Virus record (IMG/VR): IMGVR_UViG_3300027710_000023 | Direction: 5' to 3' (one strand) | DNA from: a virus | Length of the DNA: 64,000 nt | In this document: in pieces, positions 39,158 to 49,235 of the stretch | Layout: each line of letters starts with the position of its first letter | How positions within the stretch are numbered: position 1 is the stretch's first letter | Made by a program: the position numbers and the translations under genes | Notes under the pieces: model-generated | What the model saw: the letters and a program-made list of their open reading frames with translations, nothing else | What the model was told of the DNA's origin: nothing | The model's database searches: none

Positions 39158-39233
39158 AAATCACCAATAAAACAATCCCCTGAAGCTCCGCAAGCGAGCA
39201 GCGCAGCGAGAGCGGTAAGGGGATTGTTGTTTA

Positions 39234-39725
39234 TTAAAATACAAGAGAATTGATTTCTTCTAATGCATCTAATGCTTTTTGTACATCACCCAGCATTACT
39301 TGATCTTTAGCATAAGTAATACGAGCATTTAATTTTGTAATACGTTCAGAGATTTCTTTTAAAACAACACGAGTACCAAAACAAGTTTTAGCTACTGTAT
39401 GTGTATCAAGTTCTTCTTGTTCAGAAGTTAAATAATTACGATCACGTACAACATCTAACATAAAAGTGGGTTTATTTAGTAAAATACGTGCAGTAGTTCC
39501 ATCAAAATAAACATTTAATCCAATTTGTTTATTGTAATTGCTTTTATTTAATTTAATTAACTCGGGATTAGTTGAAATGATTGCAATTGCTTCTTCGTAT
39601 GTAATTGAGTAATGCCGGTTATGAGCTTCAACCAATAAATCATTTTCAGCCAGAATAGCTAAAGTTTTTTGTTTATGTAAATCTTCTAAACGTTTAAGTG
39701 TATACCTACGTTGAGTGATATTCAT
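39234..39725 (-). CDS. hypothetical protein
   Basis: 163-aa ORF. Confidence 0.4.
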   Translation of the reverse strand: MNITQRRYTLKRLEDLHKQKTLAILAENDLLVEAHNRHYSITYEEAIAIISTNPELIKLNKSNYNKQIGLNVYFDGTTARILLNKPTFMLDVVRDRNYLTSEQEELDTHTVAKTCFGTRVVLKEISERITKLNARITYAKDQVMLGDVQKALDALEEINSLVF

Positions 39726-39772
39726 ATTTGTTTACCTGTTAAAAAAGCCCAGATTAACTGGGCTTATTAAAT

Positions 39773-40045
39773 TTAATCAGAGGGTTGAGCTACAGCTCTT
39801 ACTAATGCCATTGTACCTGTCTGAATATCTGTTTTAGCAATAGCTGCCCAACGAAGAGGTGTTGTACGTAAAAGATGTTCAGTTGTTTCTGGTGTGGCGT
39901 TAACACCTTGGTTTTGTAAATACAAAATTACTTCTTCATGTAAAGCTAACATTTCACGTTGTTTTTCTTTGATTCGGTTCATTAAATCAATTTCAACTTG
40001 AGTCAGTTCACGATAACCTTTAATATAACGATGTTGGTTTTCCAT
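39773..40045 (-). CDS. hypothetical protein
   Basis: 90-aa ORF. Confidence 0.35.
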   Translation of the reverse strand: MENQHRYIKGYRELTQVEIDLMNRIKEKQREMLALHEEVILYLQNQGVNATPETTEHLLRTTPLRWAAIAKTDIQTGTMALVRAVAQPSD

Positions 40046-40054
40046 AAGTATTCC

Positions 40055-40984
40055 TTAAAATTTAGCTTTATCGTGATTAGGAATCAATTGACGATTCTGA
40101 ATCCAACCACAGAAGTTACCAGACCATAAATCACAATTGCGATCCATATGTGTTACACCTTCCGGCCAATTACTTGTTTCTGTGAAAGAACCGATAAATT
40201 TAGGAATAGGTGTAGCTTGATGTTCTGATGGAGAAGCATGTACTTTTTTACCAGTAAACAACTTATCAATTACTGTTTCTGTCTTTTCATCTGAGTAATC
40301 TTCTTTACGGAAAGAAGTTTGAGCACAAATCGACATACTAAGTTCAATTGCTTCTTTAACTGTAAGTACTGCATCTGTTTCAGGATGGCGGTAGATAATT
40401 TCAGCTGTATCAGGATCAACTTCACGTTTGATGAATGGTACGTGCCACTCACCTTCAGCCAACTGTAAGTATTTATTGTTGGTTCGAGCTTCCAACATTA
40501 ACTTAGCTAACTGTTCAATTTCAGGTTGAGCAGCTACGTCTACACGTAACCAATCCCAGTTTTCCCACTCAGTTGATGTAAGTACAACACGAATGTTTTG
40601 AAATGGTTCTAAATAACGTGCAGCATGTTGTTTATGTACATTTAAGCCACCATCTTTAGATGGTAAACCTAATTGTAACACACCTTGTTTAACAGCTTTC
40701 CACATTGCAGATTTAACAAAGTTAATTTCTTCTAATTCATCAACATCAGTAATTAAATCACCTGACATACCGGGTTGATTACTTGTCCACATAAATACAG
40801 CTGGGTTATCTTCAATTTGTTGAATAGCTGCTTTAATTGGTACAGCTCGTGAACTTGAAGAGTTTTTACTAAATACTCGATGAGTAAGTAGCTGTGCGTG
40901 AATACTGCGTGGGTATTCTAGTACTAACGTGCAAATCTTTACATCATTAGCAATAGAACCTTGGATAAATTCAACTTTAATCAT
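40055..40984 (-). CDS. thyX: flavin-dependent thymidylate synthase
   Basis: ThyX signature LTHRVFSKNSSSSRAVP (RHRxxSxNxxSxR pattern). 309 aa. Confidence 0.7.
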   Translation of the reverse strand: MIKVEFIQGSIANDVKICTLVLEYPRSIHAQLLTHRVFSKNSSSSRAVPIKAAIQQIEDNPAVFMWTSNQPGMSGDLITDVDELEEINFVKSAMWKAVKQGVLQLGLPSKDGGLNVHKQHAARYLEPFQNIRVVLTSTEWENWDWLRVDVAAQPEIEQLAKLMLEARTNNKYLQLAEGEWHVPFIKREVDPDTAEIIYRHPETDAVLTVKEAIELSMSICAQTSFRKEDYSDEKTETVIDKLFTGKKVHASPSEHQATPIPKFIGSFTETSNWPEGVTHMDRNCDLWSGNFCGWIQNRQLIPNHDKAKF

Positions 40985-43599
40985 TTAAACTTTTTCCCAT
41001 GTTCTGACATAAGTGTTTTTAAGGTTTGATGGTCTGCATGTGGAGGTAATGCTAATTTGTGCTCCCATGACGGGTAGAACAACTCAACATCACCACCTAT
41101 CTTGACTTCATCATGTTCAATCTCAGGTAAGCCTTGCCAAGCCATATGATGCGGTAAGCGATCATTATGGTATTGCACCACATCTATATTACTACGCAAC
41201 AGGAAGTACTGAGCGTCGTGTATATGACATGATGGGAGTATCTGAGTGCGGTATGGTGAATGCCAATACTCGGTCTGGTATGATACAGCAGCCCTGTTAT
41301 TGAGCAAGCCATAGCTCTGCCCAAGCGCGTTACCAGCGGTTCTACCTTCGGCCTTAGCTTCGTATGGCATAGTAGACGAACCCCAGATGCATTGAGCAAT
41401 GAGGGGTGTACGCACCTTCATACCAAAAGCTACTGTTACATAACCATCAATAGAAGCTTGTTGTAACTTATCTTGAACCCACTTATCAGATACTTCGTAC
41501 ATGATATGGTAGTTAGCTTCAATAGATTTAGCTAATTCTTTAGGTAATCCACAGTTGTTCATTAAACCAAAACAAGTACCACCATAAGTAAGCAGAAAAG
41601 TAGGTTCTTTACTGTCTTGACGATACTTCTTGTATTCTGGATGATCAGCAATGCTATTAATTGAATCAACAGAGTTAGGATCAATATCTGGCATTTTTTC
41701 TGAGTAATAATAATAAGCACGTAAACAGTGACCATCATAACCATCAGTATATACTTTTAGTTTATTTGGATCTTTAGTTGTCAGTGCTGATATACGATCT
41801 TCCAGTGAAGCAAAGTCAGCACCAGAAAATATCCATCCCGGTGGAGCTTTGAAGCAAGACTTAATTAACTTGGCATAGATTGAACCAGTAGAAGGAATAT
41901 TCTGTAAATTTGGTTCAGAACTACTCAAACGACCTGATACAGTACCACCTAAATTAAAGTTACCGTGTATCCACCACCAACCATCTTCATGTTGAATACT
42001 CTTAGTTAAGAAAGCATTCAAGAAGTTATCAAGAATGATTGATACATCAGCCAATGCTATTAGTTTTTCAAATAACAGCTTATCGTTAGGAGACTTAGCT
42101 AAATGGATCAGTTTCTTGAGGGTATCGTTACCTGTTGCTGGTTGTCCACCATCTGTCTTGTCGATAACAGCATAGCCGAGCTGTGTGTATATAAGACGTT
42201 GTAACTGAGTGCTAGAATTGGGATTAAAAGTAACATAATCAAAATAACTAAGCGGTTCTGATTTTTTCTTCCACGCTTCATTACATGAAACGTATTCTTC
42301 ATATCTGAGCATTTCTTGAAAGGAAAGCACAGAATTGAGATTAAAAATATCAATAAGAATGTTATTTCTAATTGTGTTAAGTTCATTGTTTACTTCCCGT
42401 ACCTTTTCAATATCTAAAGGCATTCCTACCAATTCCATCTGTATAATTACACGGACAGATGGTAAGAACACACTGTAGTAAGGTCTAGCTTGTTGTTCTT
42501 CCTGAAGTATGGGATACCACTTATCATACAAGTAGAAAGTGGATAAACCATCGATTAAGTTGTAATTGAGTATTTTTTCAGATGGATGTACAGAAATATC
42601 TGTTACATCAATACCGTAGTTACCAGCAAACTCAAATGCAGCAGCTTTAAGAGATAACTCGTTTTTAACTGTATTATTGGTGCAGAGATAATAAATAAGT
42701 TTAGTATCTTGCATGTTACGTGTAAGTGTTTCAATACCATGAATCATTTCCTCATATGCATTGAATTTACCTTCCATGAATAACCAGAAGACAAGTACTT
42801 TAATATCGTAACAAGAGTTGTGATAAACAGGAATACCCCGGTATTTTAAGAAGAATTGTTTAAGAATGTTTCTTCTTTTTAAATTAGGAATTAATCTGTG
42901 ATATTTACCGTCAATTGGACTATCGTAGTCAGCTAGGTCAACAGTAAAGGCCATGCCTTCGTGTTTATCCCAACAGAATGTAATAGTTGCAATACCTGAT
43001 TCATAAAAGCGTAATGAGTAAGCTTCTATGTCTATTGCTAATACTTTAGCAGATTTAAGTAACTCTTTAAGTTTAGCGATGATTTGTTCATCTGAAGTAG
43101 GATAATAAGCTACTTTGATGATGTCATGAAAAATAGGTGTATTTTGGTAATGACCTATGATTGCTTGTAAAGAGTAATCTAGTTTTTCTTGAAGTAATGG
43201 ATTGTAGTACAGTGCTTGATATGACACACCGAATACAACCTTGATATGTTCATAAGACGGTACGGAACAGTTATGTACATAGCCATACTCATGTTTAACA
43301 TTTTTTAGTCCAGCTAACTCTTTAAAGTAAGCTGAATCAGCAACGTATAATATTTCAATACCTAATCTAGCCAGTTTAGGAACCAACTCATTTAAGTATT
43401 CGCGGATTAACGTAATTGGTGCTTTACCAGCACTGTTGTACGCAAGAGAGACACCAATGCAATCAGCTTTTTCTAACACCTTGGAGAGTGGATCAATATA
43501 TGCTGACTGCATTGGATTTACTTGTAATGCTTCACGTTTCATCAGAAACGCTGCCTTATATTGCTTTGAAGGATTCGTATCAAATAAAATGTGATGCAT
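40981..43599 (-). CDS. DNA polymerase, family A
   Basis: RLSSSEPNLQNIP (motif A region of Pol I). GADFASLEDRISA (DYSQIELR equivalent). IHDAQYF (motif C). 872 aa. Confidence 0.8.
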   Translation of the reverse strand: MHHILFDTNPSKQYKAAFLMKREALQVNPMQSAYIDPLSKVLEKADCIGVSLAYNSAGKAPITLIREYLNELVPKLARLGIEILYVADSAYFKELAGLKNVKHEYGYVHNCSVPSYEHIKVVFGVSYQALYYNPLLQEKLDYSLQAIIGHYQNTPIFHDIIKVAYYPTSDEQIIAKLKELLKSAKVLAIDIEAYSLRFYESGIATITFCWDKHEGMAFTVDLADYDSPIDGKYHRLIPNLKRRNILKQFFLKYRGIPVYHNSCYDIKVLVFWLFMEGKFNAYEEMIHGIETLTRNMQDTKLIYYLCTNNTVKNELSLKAAAFEFAGNYGIDVTDISVHPSEKILNYNLIDGLSTFYLYDKWYPILQEEQQARPYYSVFLPSVRVIIQMELVGMPLDIEKVREVNNELNTIRNNILIDIFNLNSVLSFQEMLRYEEYVSCNEAWKKKSEPLSYFDYVTFNPNSSTQLQRLIYTQLGYAVIDKTDGGQPATGNDTLKKLIHLAKSPNDKLLFEKLIALADVSIILDNFLNAFLTKSIQHEDGWWWIHGNFNLGGTVSGRLSSSEPNLQNIPSTGSIYAKLIKSCFKAPPGWIFSGADFASLEDRISALTTKDPNKLKVYTDGYDGHCLRAYYYYSEKMPDIDPNSVDSINSIADHPEYKKYRQDSKEPTFLLTYGGTCFGLMNNCGLPKELAKSIEANYHIMYEVSDKWVQDKLQQASIDGYVTVAFGMKVRTPLIAQCIWGSSTMPYEAKAEGRTAGNALGQSYGLLNNRAAVSYQTEYWHSPYRTQILPSCHIHDAQYFLLRSNIDVVQYHNDRLPHHMAWQGLPEIEHDEVKIGGDVELFYPSWEHKLALPPHADHQTLKTLMSEHGKKFK

Positions 43600-43604
43600 G
43601 ATGA

Positions 43605-44135
43605 TTAAAAGTCCAATAGTACGTGTTTAAACAAAGCTTCATGTATAGCAAACAAATACTGAGAATGTTTGGTTTTAAAAGCTTCAATCTCTTCTGGTAG
43701 TAGTGTCTGAGGCTTAGTTAATAACTCACTTGCAAAAGATACTTGCGTTAAAGCTTCTGCTGGAATTAACTGTTTTAAGTCTGCTACTGTATTTGCAAAA
43801 GCACAAGCATTTACAATGATAGACTTAATACGAGCTGAAGCTAATTCATATGGCTCAAATAAAGCTAAAAACGCAGGCATACGACTATGTAGAGATTTGT
43901 GTAATGGATGTGCTTTAGCCCACGCAGTAGACTCAATATCTTCTAGTGATCTGTATTCTTTCCCTCGGTAAATAAACCGAATAGGTGTATTTTCAGGGAT
44001 TAAACACAATTCTTTCTGATCATTAAGTAGCGGGTATAGTAAAAGATTAATTTGTTGGATCTGAGGCTTCAACAAATAACCATTTACTATTGAAAACAGA
44101 CTAAGTTTACTTTTTTGATCAAATGGTAGTGCCAT
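43605..44135 (-). CDS. hypothetical protein
   Basis: ATG at 44135 placed 1 nt after the helicase stop. The track ORF extends further upstream but overlaps the helicase. Confidence 0.4.
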   Translation of the reverse strand: MALPFDQKSKLSLFSIVNGYLLKPQIQQINLLLYPLLNDQKELCLIPENTPIRFIYRGKEYRSLEDIESTAWAKAHPLHKSLHSRMPAFLALFEPYELASARIKSIIVNACAFANTVADLKQLIPAEALTQVSFASELLTKPQTLLPEEIEAFKTKHSQYLFAIHEALFKHVLLDF

Positions 44136-44136
44136 T

Positions 44137-45417
44137 TTAAGCTCCACGTATATATAAAGTATCTGTAGGTCTTGTACAAACAGTATATGCCATACGTGCA
44201 AACATAGTCTTATCTGAGCAGGTACGGAAGTCAGCCATATCAATTAATACATTTTTAAATGTACTTCCTTGAGCTTTATGTCCTGTCATTGAATTTGTTT
44301 GACGTAAATCAGCATAACGATTTTTAATAGTAAAATAATCAGAATACTGACGATCACGATATAACTTACCAAGAATTGTACGTAATTGTTCTGGATATTT
44401 AAAACAGTAAGTAATTACTTCTGTGTTATCATTATTAAATAAAGACTTTAATGTTACACGATAAATTGGGTATTGTACACCTTGAATTTCATCAGCAGTT
44501 TCTGAACAGTTAATAACTCTTACGTAATTATTATTACCAAACAATACTTTTTGACCATCTTTAGCTAAAATTGGGCCGTTAGTTACTAAGATTTCTTTTG
44601 GTTGAAACAAATCACTATCGTAGAATTTCTTACGAATGTAACTACCATATTCAACACATTTCTTATTAGTAAAAGTAATAACTTTAGCATCTAAGAAGTT
44701 TTGATCCACTGAATGAAATAAATTATCAATAGTTGATTTAGTTTGTTTACCATCAAGCAATACAATAGTGTCAGCTGGTTTAATGATAGGTGCTTCACCT
44801 GTGTAAATCATTTGTCTGAATTGTTCACCCAACATAGTGATTGGGTTATCTGCTGCTGCACGGCAGTATTCAACAAGGGTAATGGAGTACTTAGTTGAGA
44901 TAAGTAAACCTGTTGGTTCATTAGAATCTACTGCAAGAATTTGATCTGGATCACCAATACGAACAATTTTACATGTGTTCATATCAATAGACGATTGAAT
45001 AAAATCTTCAAGTTCTTGATTAATCATTGAAGCTTCGTCAATAAATACAATTGAGTTGTAAATTTTATTGAATGCTTTGTTTGATTGACGTAATTCTGTT
45101 TTACCTGTGTGATAGTTGTCTTTTACCGTTAATGACAGTAATGAATGAATTGTTGTTACGGGTATGTGTGTTGAGTACGATAACCGTTCTGCTGCTTGGT
45201 TAGTAGTAGCAGTTACGAATACGGTGTAAGGAGAGTGGCTATCGTTAATAGTCATCATGAATTCATCATGATGTTTAATTAAATTGAGCATTTCAGCTGC
45301 AATAAATGTTTTACCTTTACCTGAACCACCGCTCAAAACAAAGTTTGGTTCTGTTGGGTCAGAAAGAAATTGATAAAACAGATCAAGAGCTTGTTGTTGT
45401 GAAGGTGTGTAGTTCAT
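44137..45417 (-). CDS. Dda/RecD-like SF1 DNA helicase
   Basis: Walker A SGGSGKGKT. FIDEASM motif II typical of RecD/Dda helicases. Confidence 0.65.
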   Translation of the reverse strand: MNYTPSQQQALDLFYQFLSDPTEPNFVLSGGSGKGKTFIAAEMLNLIKHHDEFMMTINDSHSPYTVFVTATTNQAAERLSYSTHIPVTTIHSLLSLTVKDNYHTGKTELRQSNKAFNKIYNSIVFIDEASMINQELEDFIQSSIDMNTCKIVRIGDPDQILAVDSNEPTGLLISTKYSITLVEYCRAAADNPITMLGEQFRQMIYTGEAPIIKPADTIVLLDGKQTKSTIDNLFHSVDQNFLDAKVITFTNKKCVEYGSYIRKKFYDSDLFQPKEILVTNGPILAKDGQKVLFGNNNYVRVINCSETADEIQGVQYPIYRVTLKSLFNNDNTEVITYCFKYPEQLRTILGKLYRDRQYSDYFTIKNRYADLRQTNSMTGHKAQGSTFKNVLIDMADFRTCSDKTMFARMAYTVCTRPTDTLYIRGA

Positions 45418-45600
45418 ATAAAACCTATGGATAAAACTGAAAGATTTGAATTAATAAGTGACAAGCATCATATTGCGTATCTTGGGGTACACTACAAACT
45501 GGTTCTTTGTTTTTGTTAAACTGTAGATGAGGGCACTGTTTACAGCTAGAGACAGAAACATTGCTGTTAACTGTCTCTTGTTGTTCACATGGGTAAATAA

Positions 45601-46797
45601 TTAACTCCTTGTGTCAATATGAATCAGAGTACCAAAGTTTACTTTGGCATACTTGTTATCGGCACATAACCACACTGTTTCAAATGGTGTTGGTTGAGCA
45701 ATAGCACGACAATCAAGATCTGAATACACTACTAACAATCTTGGATTAAGTTTTCTTGTTCTTTCAAACAAATCTTCTAAACATGTACCACCAAGACCTT
45801 CAAACTCTAATGAACGAACATCATCACCTTGTTCAAAGGTTTTGGTCATTCGTACTTTAGTATCAAAGGACATAATGGTAATTTTTTCTGGTTTGATGTA
45901 ATCCTGCACATATTGGATATGTCCAATAAAAGATGCACATTGTTCATCAGTCATTGAGCCAGAAGTATCAAAACCAAAGATTACTTCACCATATGACTCT
46001 GAATAGAGTGATGGCAACATAAAGTCTGGTAAAAAGCGTCTATTGAAGCGACTATAGGAATAGTCTTCTTTAGCGTAGCTTGACAGAATGTTTTGGAAGA
46101 TTGTTTCCCAGCACAAAGGAGGGTTTGTAATGGCTTCCAGCTCATGTTTTAAAGAGTCTGGTATATGAGCACCATGCCCTGTCATACGCGCTGCTGTAGC
46201 CGCTTTGACGAGGTTTGAGTTGATAGTGGCATCAACGGTAGCATCTGGAAGTGGCTTGCCTTCAGGGTCTTTGGGCTTGCTAAAATCAGGCTGTCCTGAT
46301 CCTAATCCAGTACCCGGCCCAGCTGCATTACCTGCTGATGGGTTTGGTTTCTGCATATGTTGTTGGAATAAATCAGCATAAATAGCTTCTTTTTCCCAAT
46401 TAGCATATTTAGGATCACAACACCAAGTATCTGGTATTTCATATGGACAAGTGTTAGTTGTCTTACTCACATATTTTTTAAGCATGTGGTTATTGTAGTG
46501 ATCACATGCTTCATTCCAAATATCTGGGATTTTGTTTCCTACACGTAGCATATCTTTAAATGCTACATGCCAAGCTTCATGTGCTAATGCACTAACTCTT
46601 GCTTTAGGGGTTAAGCTCATATAAAAACTGGGATTAATAAATAAATTAATCCCATCTGTAGCTAATGTTGGAATTTCATCAGTCCAGTGCAGTTTTAAAG
46701 AAAATAGCATAGTAGCAATGAAAATACTTCCATTGTCTTTAATTAAACCATACTTAGCTTTATCATGAGCTAGTCGGACTTCATCAGAAATTTCCAT
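45601..46797 (-). CDS. vWA-domain protein with N-terminal HExxH metallopeptidase-like domain
   Basis: HEAWH zinc-binding motif. C-terminal MIDAS motif FDTSGSM. Confidence 0.6.
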   Translation of the reverse strand: MEISDEVRLAHDKAKYGLIKDNGSIFIATMLFSLKLHWTDEIPTLATDGINLFINPSFYMSLTPKARVSALAHEAWHVAFKDMLRVGNKIPDIWNEACDHYNNHMLKKYVSKTTNTCPYEIPDTWCCDPKYANWEKEAIYADLFQQHMQKPNPSAGNAAGPGTGLGSGQPDFSKPKDPEGKPLPDATVDATINSNLVKAATAARMTGHGAHIPDSLKHELEAITNPPLCWETIFQNILSSYAKEDYSYSRFNRRFLPDFMLPSLYSESYGEVIFGFDTSGSMTDEQCASFIGHIQYVQDYIKPEKITIMSFDTKVRMTKTFEQGDDVRSLEFEGLGGTCLEDLFERTRKLNPRLLVVYSDLDCRAIAQPTPFETVWLCADNKYAKVNFGTLIHIDTRS

Positions 46798-46799
46798 AA

Positions 46800-47921
46800 T
46801 TAGTCTCGTAAGTTATTAACGTTTCGTGTAATCCAACTAGATACAGCAGGATTTGCTGTAAGTGATGGTTTAGATTTATAGAACATACGTACTGCAATGA
46901 TTTGATTTTCAAGAGGCAGACGAGAGAGATATTTCATTAATGGATCAACGTTAGTATCATCAATCTTTTCACCAATCAACGAAGCCATAGCAAATACCGC
47001 TGATGGTTCATGTGGTACAGGTACTGTCATTGGTGACGCAATAATTGATGTTAATGGTACTAATTGACCATAGATTTGACAGAATGAAATAAACTCTAAT
47101 GCTGGGCCTTCACTAACACAACCAGCAATTAAGTATTGATGTTCGTGTCCAATAGATACAGCTTTATTCTTTTTAGTTTGGTACTTTTCAATACCTTTAA
47201 CGGTTTGACTTACAAATTCCCAAGTACGTTCACAAGGGAAAGTATGGTCATTATGATTTGGATTAAATTTGTTTAACAGTTCTGGACGGGATTGAATAAA
47301 GGCAATTACACGATAATCAAAACCAGAATTAGCTGCATGATTAACCCAAGCAGTATGATCAGTAGTAACAGTAAAATGCTGCATACGTGATTGTAGTGCT
47401 GTAGACATACGCTGTACGATAGCGTTATCTGTTTCTTTGTTACCTAAACCAATCTGAAATACATTACGATGTAGTTTACGTTGACCTACTTCTTTCTCTA
47501 ACAAGATCTTGTAAGCGGCGGCTTGAACCGCTTTAGAAGCAGATGTAATCTCATCATAAATGATCATCCAACCATTATAACGTACAGCTGGTTTAACAAC
47601 TTGTGTTTTACCTGCTACTACTTTAGTAACTTCAGCTTCTTTGATTGGTAACTCATCACCTTCTAATGGAAACGTATCCATTGGTACATATGAGGCTTTA
47701 CCATTAGTAATTTGAGGGAAGCCATTTAAATCTGTTGGATCGCATTGAGCCAAACGAATATCAATAACTTTTAAGTTAAGATCTGCTGCTAATTGACGAG
47801 CAATAGAAGTTTTGCCAATGCCCGGTGATGAACGGACAATAGGTACTGTTTTTGAATAAAAAGCAATTTCTAGCGCTTCTTTTAAAGCACCAAGAGGAAG
47901 TTCAATCATAAATCTCTCCAA
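46800..47921 (-). CDS. MoxR-like AAA ATPase
   Basis: Walker A SPGIGKTS. hhhDE Walker B MIIYDEI. Paired with the downstream vWA gene. Confidence 0.6.
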   Translation of the reverse strand: MERFMIELPLGALKEALEIAFYSKTVPIVRSSPGIGKTSIARQLAADLNLKVIDIRLAQCDPTDLNGFPQITNGKASYVPMDTFPLEGDELPIKEAEVTKVVAGKTQVVKPAVRYNGWMIIYDEITSASKAVQAAAYKILLEKEVGQRKLHRNVFQIGLGNKETDNAIVQRMSTALQSRMQHFTVTTDHTAWVNHAANSGFDYRVIAFIQSRPELLNKFNPNHNDHTFPCERTWEFVSQTVKGIEKYQTKKNKAVSIGHEHQYLIAGCVSEGPALEFISFCQIYGQLVPLTSIIASPMTVPVPHEPSAVFAMASLIGEKIDDTNVDPLMKYLSRLPLENQIIAVRMFYKSKPSLTANPAVSSWITRNVNNLRD

Positions 47922-47936
47922 GATGTATTGTTTTGT

Positions 47937-48149
47937 TTAAAATGGGTTGTGTGGAATTAATTCAGGATGTTTTTCATAAATAGCTTTGAGTTCTGATTCT
48001 AACTCTAAAAGCTCTTTACTTTTGTTTACGAAATAACGCTCACCTAACTTTCTTGCAGCGTATAAGAAAAACTTATCTCTACTGAATCCAGTTTTGACAT
48101 ATTGAGCTAACTCATCAATAGTCATGTTGTCAATCATGGTTTGGTTCAT
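47937..48149 (-). CDS. hypothetical protein
   Basis: 70-aa ORF with ATGA overlap. Confidence 0.35.
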   Translation of the reverse strand: MNQTMIDNMTIDELAQYVKTGFSRDKFFLYAARKLGERYFVNKSKELLELESELKAIYEKHPELIPHNPF

Positions 48150-48625
48150 TTAAATACTCCTTTCTTTTTACCTTTAGAATAGTTGTATTGAAATGTGGAA
48201 TGAGACATCCCATGTAATGCACACGCTTCCCGTTGAGACATGTTTTTTGTAGACATAGTTTTTAAGACGTTAGAAACTAATTTAAAACTAGCTTCTTCTC
48301 TTTGAATATTATTTACTTGTTGATTATACAAATAAAACATTCTTTGTAAGTAAGGTACAGATATACCTGCTGTTTTAGCAGCAACATCAAAAGGATTACC
48401 TTGTTTTAATATAGTAAATGCAAGTTCCAGCTTAACAGTAAGTTTAAAAGGCTGACTTACTTTTTTATTTTGTTTTGTTTTTTTAGATAATATAATTTTG
48501 TGTTTTCTACAGCAATAGTAGAATTGTTGTAGGGAAACACCATACAAAACAGCTAGATCTTTAGCATCTTTTTCAAGTAATTGCTTAAGTAGGGTTTCTT
48601 TTGACACTTCTGGCATTCTGTTCAT
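48146..48625 (-). CDS. putative DNA-binding protein with three tandem helix-turn-helix repeats
   Basis: Three about 45-aa repeats, each containing an HTH-like segment (LAVLYGVSLQQFYY, VAAKTAGISVPYLQRMF, EACALHGMSHSTFQYNY). Confidence 0.4.
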   Translation of the reverse strand: MNRMPEVSKETLLKQLLEKDAKDLAVLYGVSLQQFYYCCRKHKIILSKKTKQNKKVSQPFKLTVKLELAFTILKQGNPFDVAAKTAGISVPYLQRMFYLYNQQVNNIQREEASFKLVSNVLKTMSTKNMSQREACALHGMSHSTFQYNYSKGKKKGVFK

Positions 48626-48634
48626 ACAGTTACC

Positions 48635-48850
48635 TTACGGATTGCGCTCAAACACTTTAATTTTATCTTCAGCTGCTAATAATAAATTAAGTGCAGCCAT
48701 ATTTTTACCACGAAAGTCTTTTTTAAGTTTTGCTAACTTTTGTGAAGTATCAAAACCAACTCGATGTAAAACAGAGTAAATAGCATCTCTATTTTTACAA
48801 GCATTGATTTCTTTAACTAAAGTAGATAAATCTGTTGTTTTAATAGGCAT
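48635..48850 (-). CDS. hypothetical protein
   Basis: 71-aa ORF. Confidence 0.35.
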   Translation of the reverse strand: MPIKTTDLSTLVKEINACKNRDAIYSVLHRVGFDTSQKLAKLKKDFRGKNMAALNLLLAAEDKIKVFERNP

Positions 48851-49148
48851 CGATTAGTTCCTGTATTTCTGTAATTGCTTTGTTTAATTTAGTGTAGCAC
48901 TTCATGAATACATCTAAATCTTTGGTCATTAAACCAATAGAGTCAATGTAATACGTACTTGATGTTGTGCAGTAGTATGCTATTGCTCTTAAATTACCAA
49001 AAGGTACTTTACCTGCACATTCTGTAGATATATAGATTCTGTACATACCCATGTTAGGAATTAAGTATGTGTTGACCAATCCCCAATCTACTAGCGTAAC
49101 TTTGAGTTCTTGTGTTTTTGTAGGAATGTCAATAATTTTTACTGGCAT
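48840..49148 (-). CDS. hypothetical protein
   Basis: 102 aa. First gene of the minus-strand operon, next to a divergent promoter region. Confidence 0.35.
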   Translation of the reverse strand: MPVKIIDIPTKTQELKVTLVDWGLVNTYLIPNMGMYRIYISTECAGKVPFGNLRAIAYYCTTSSTYYIDSIGLMTKDLDVFMKCYTKLNKAITEIQELIDAY

Positions 49149-49235
49149 TTGGGATTTTTCCTTTATTCAGTGGTACACTTTTATCAATTGCAGATGGCGG
49201 AGCCATCCTAACTAATTATTATTTGGAGCATTGAT

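Noticed and set aside
45418-45600. Possible small ORF in the 180-bp spacer between the helicase and vWA genes
   Set aside because: Only a 36-codon frame is available. It has no RBS, and a Cys-containing alternative frame has no start codon. The spacer is more likely a promoter region.
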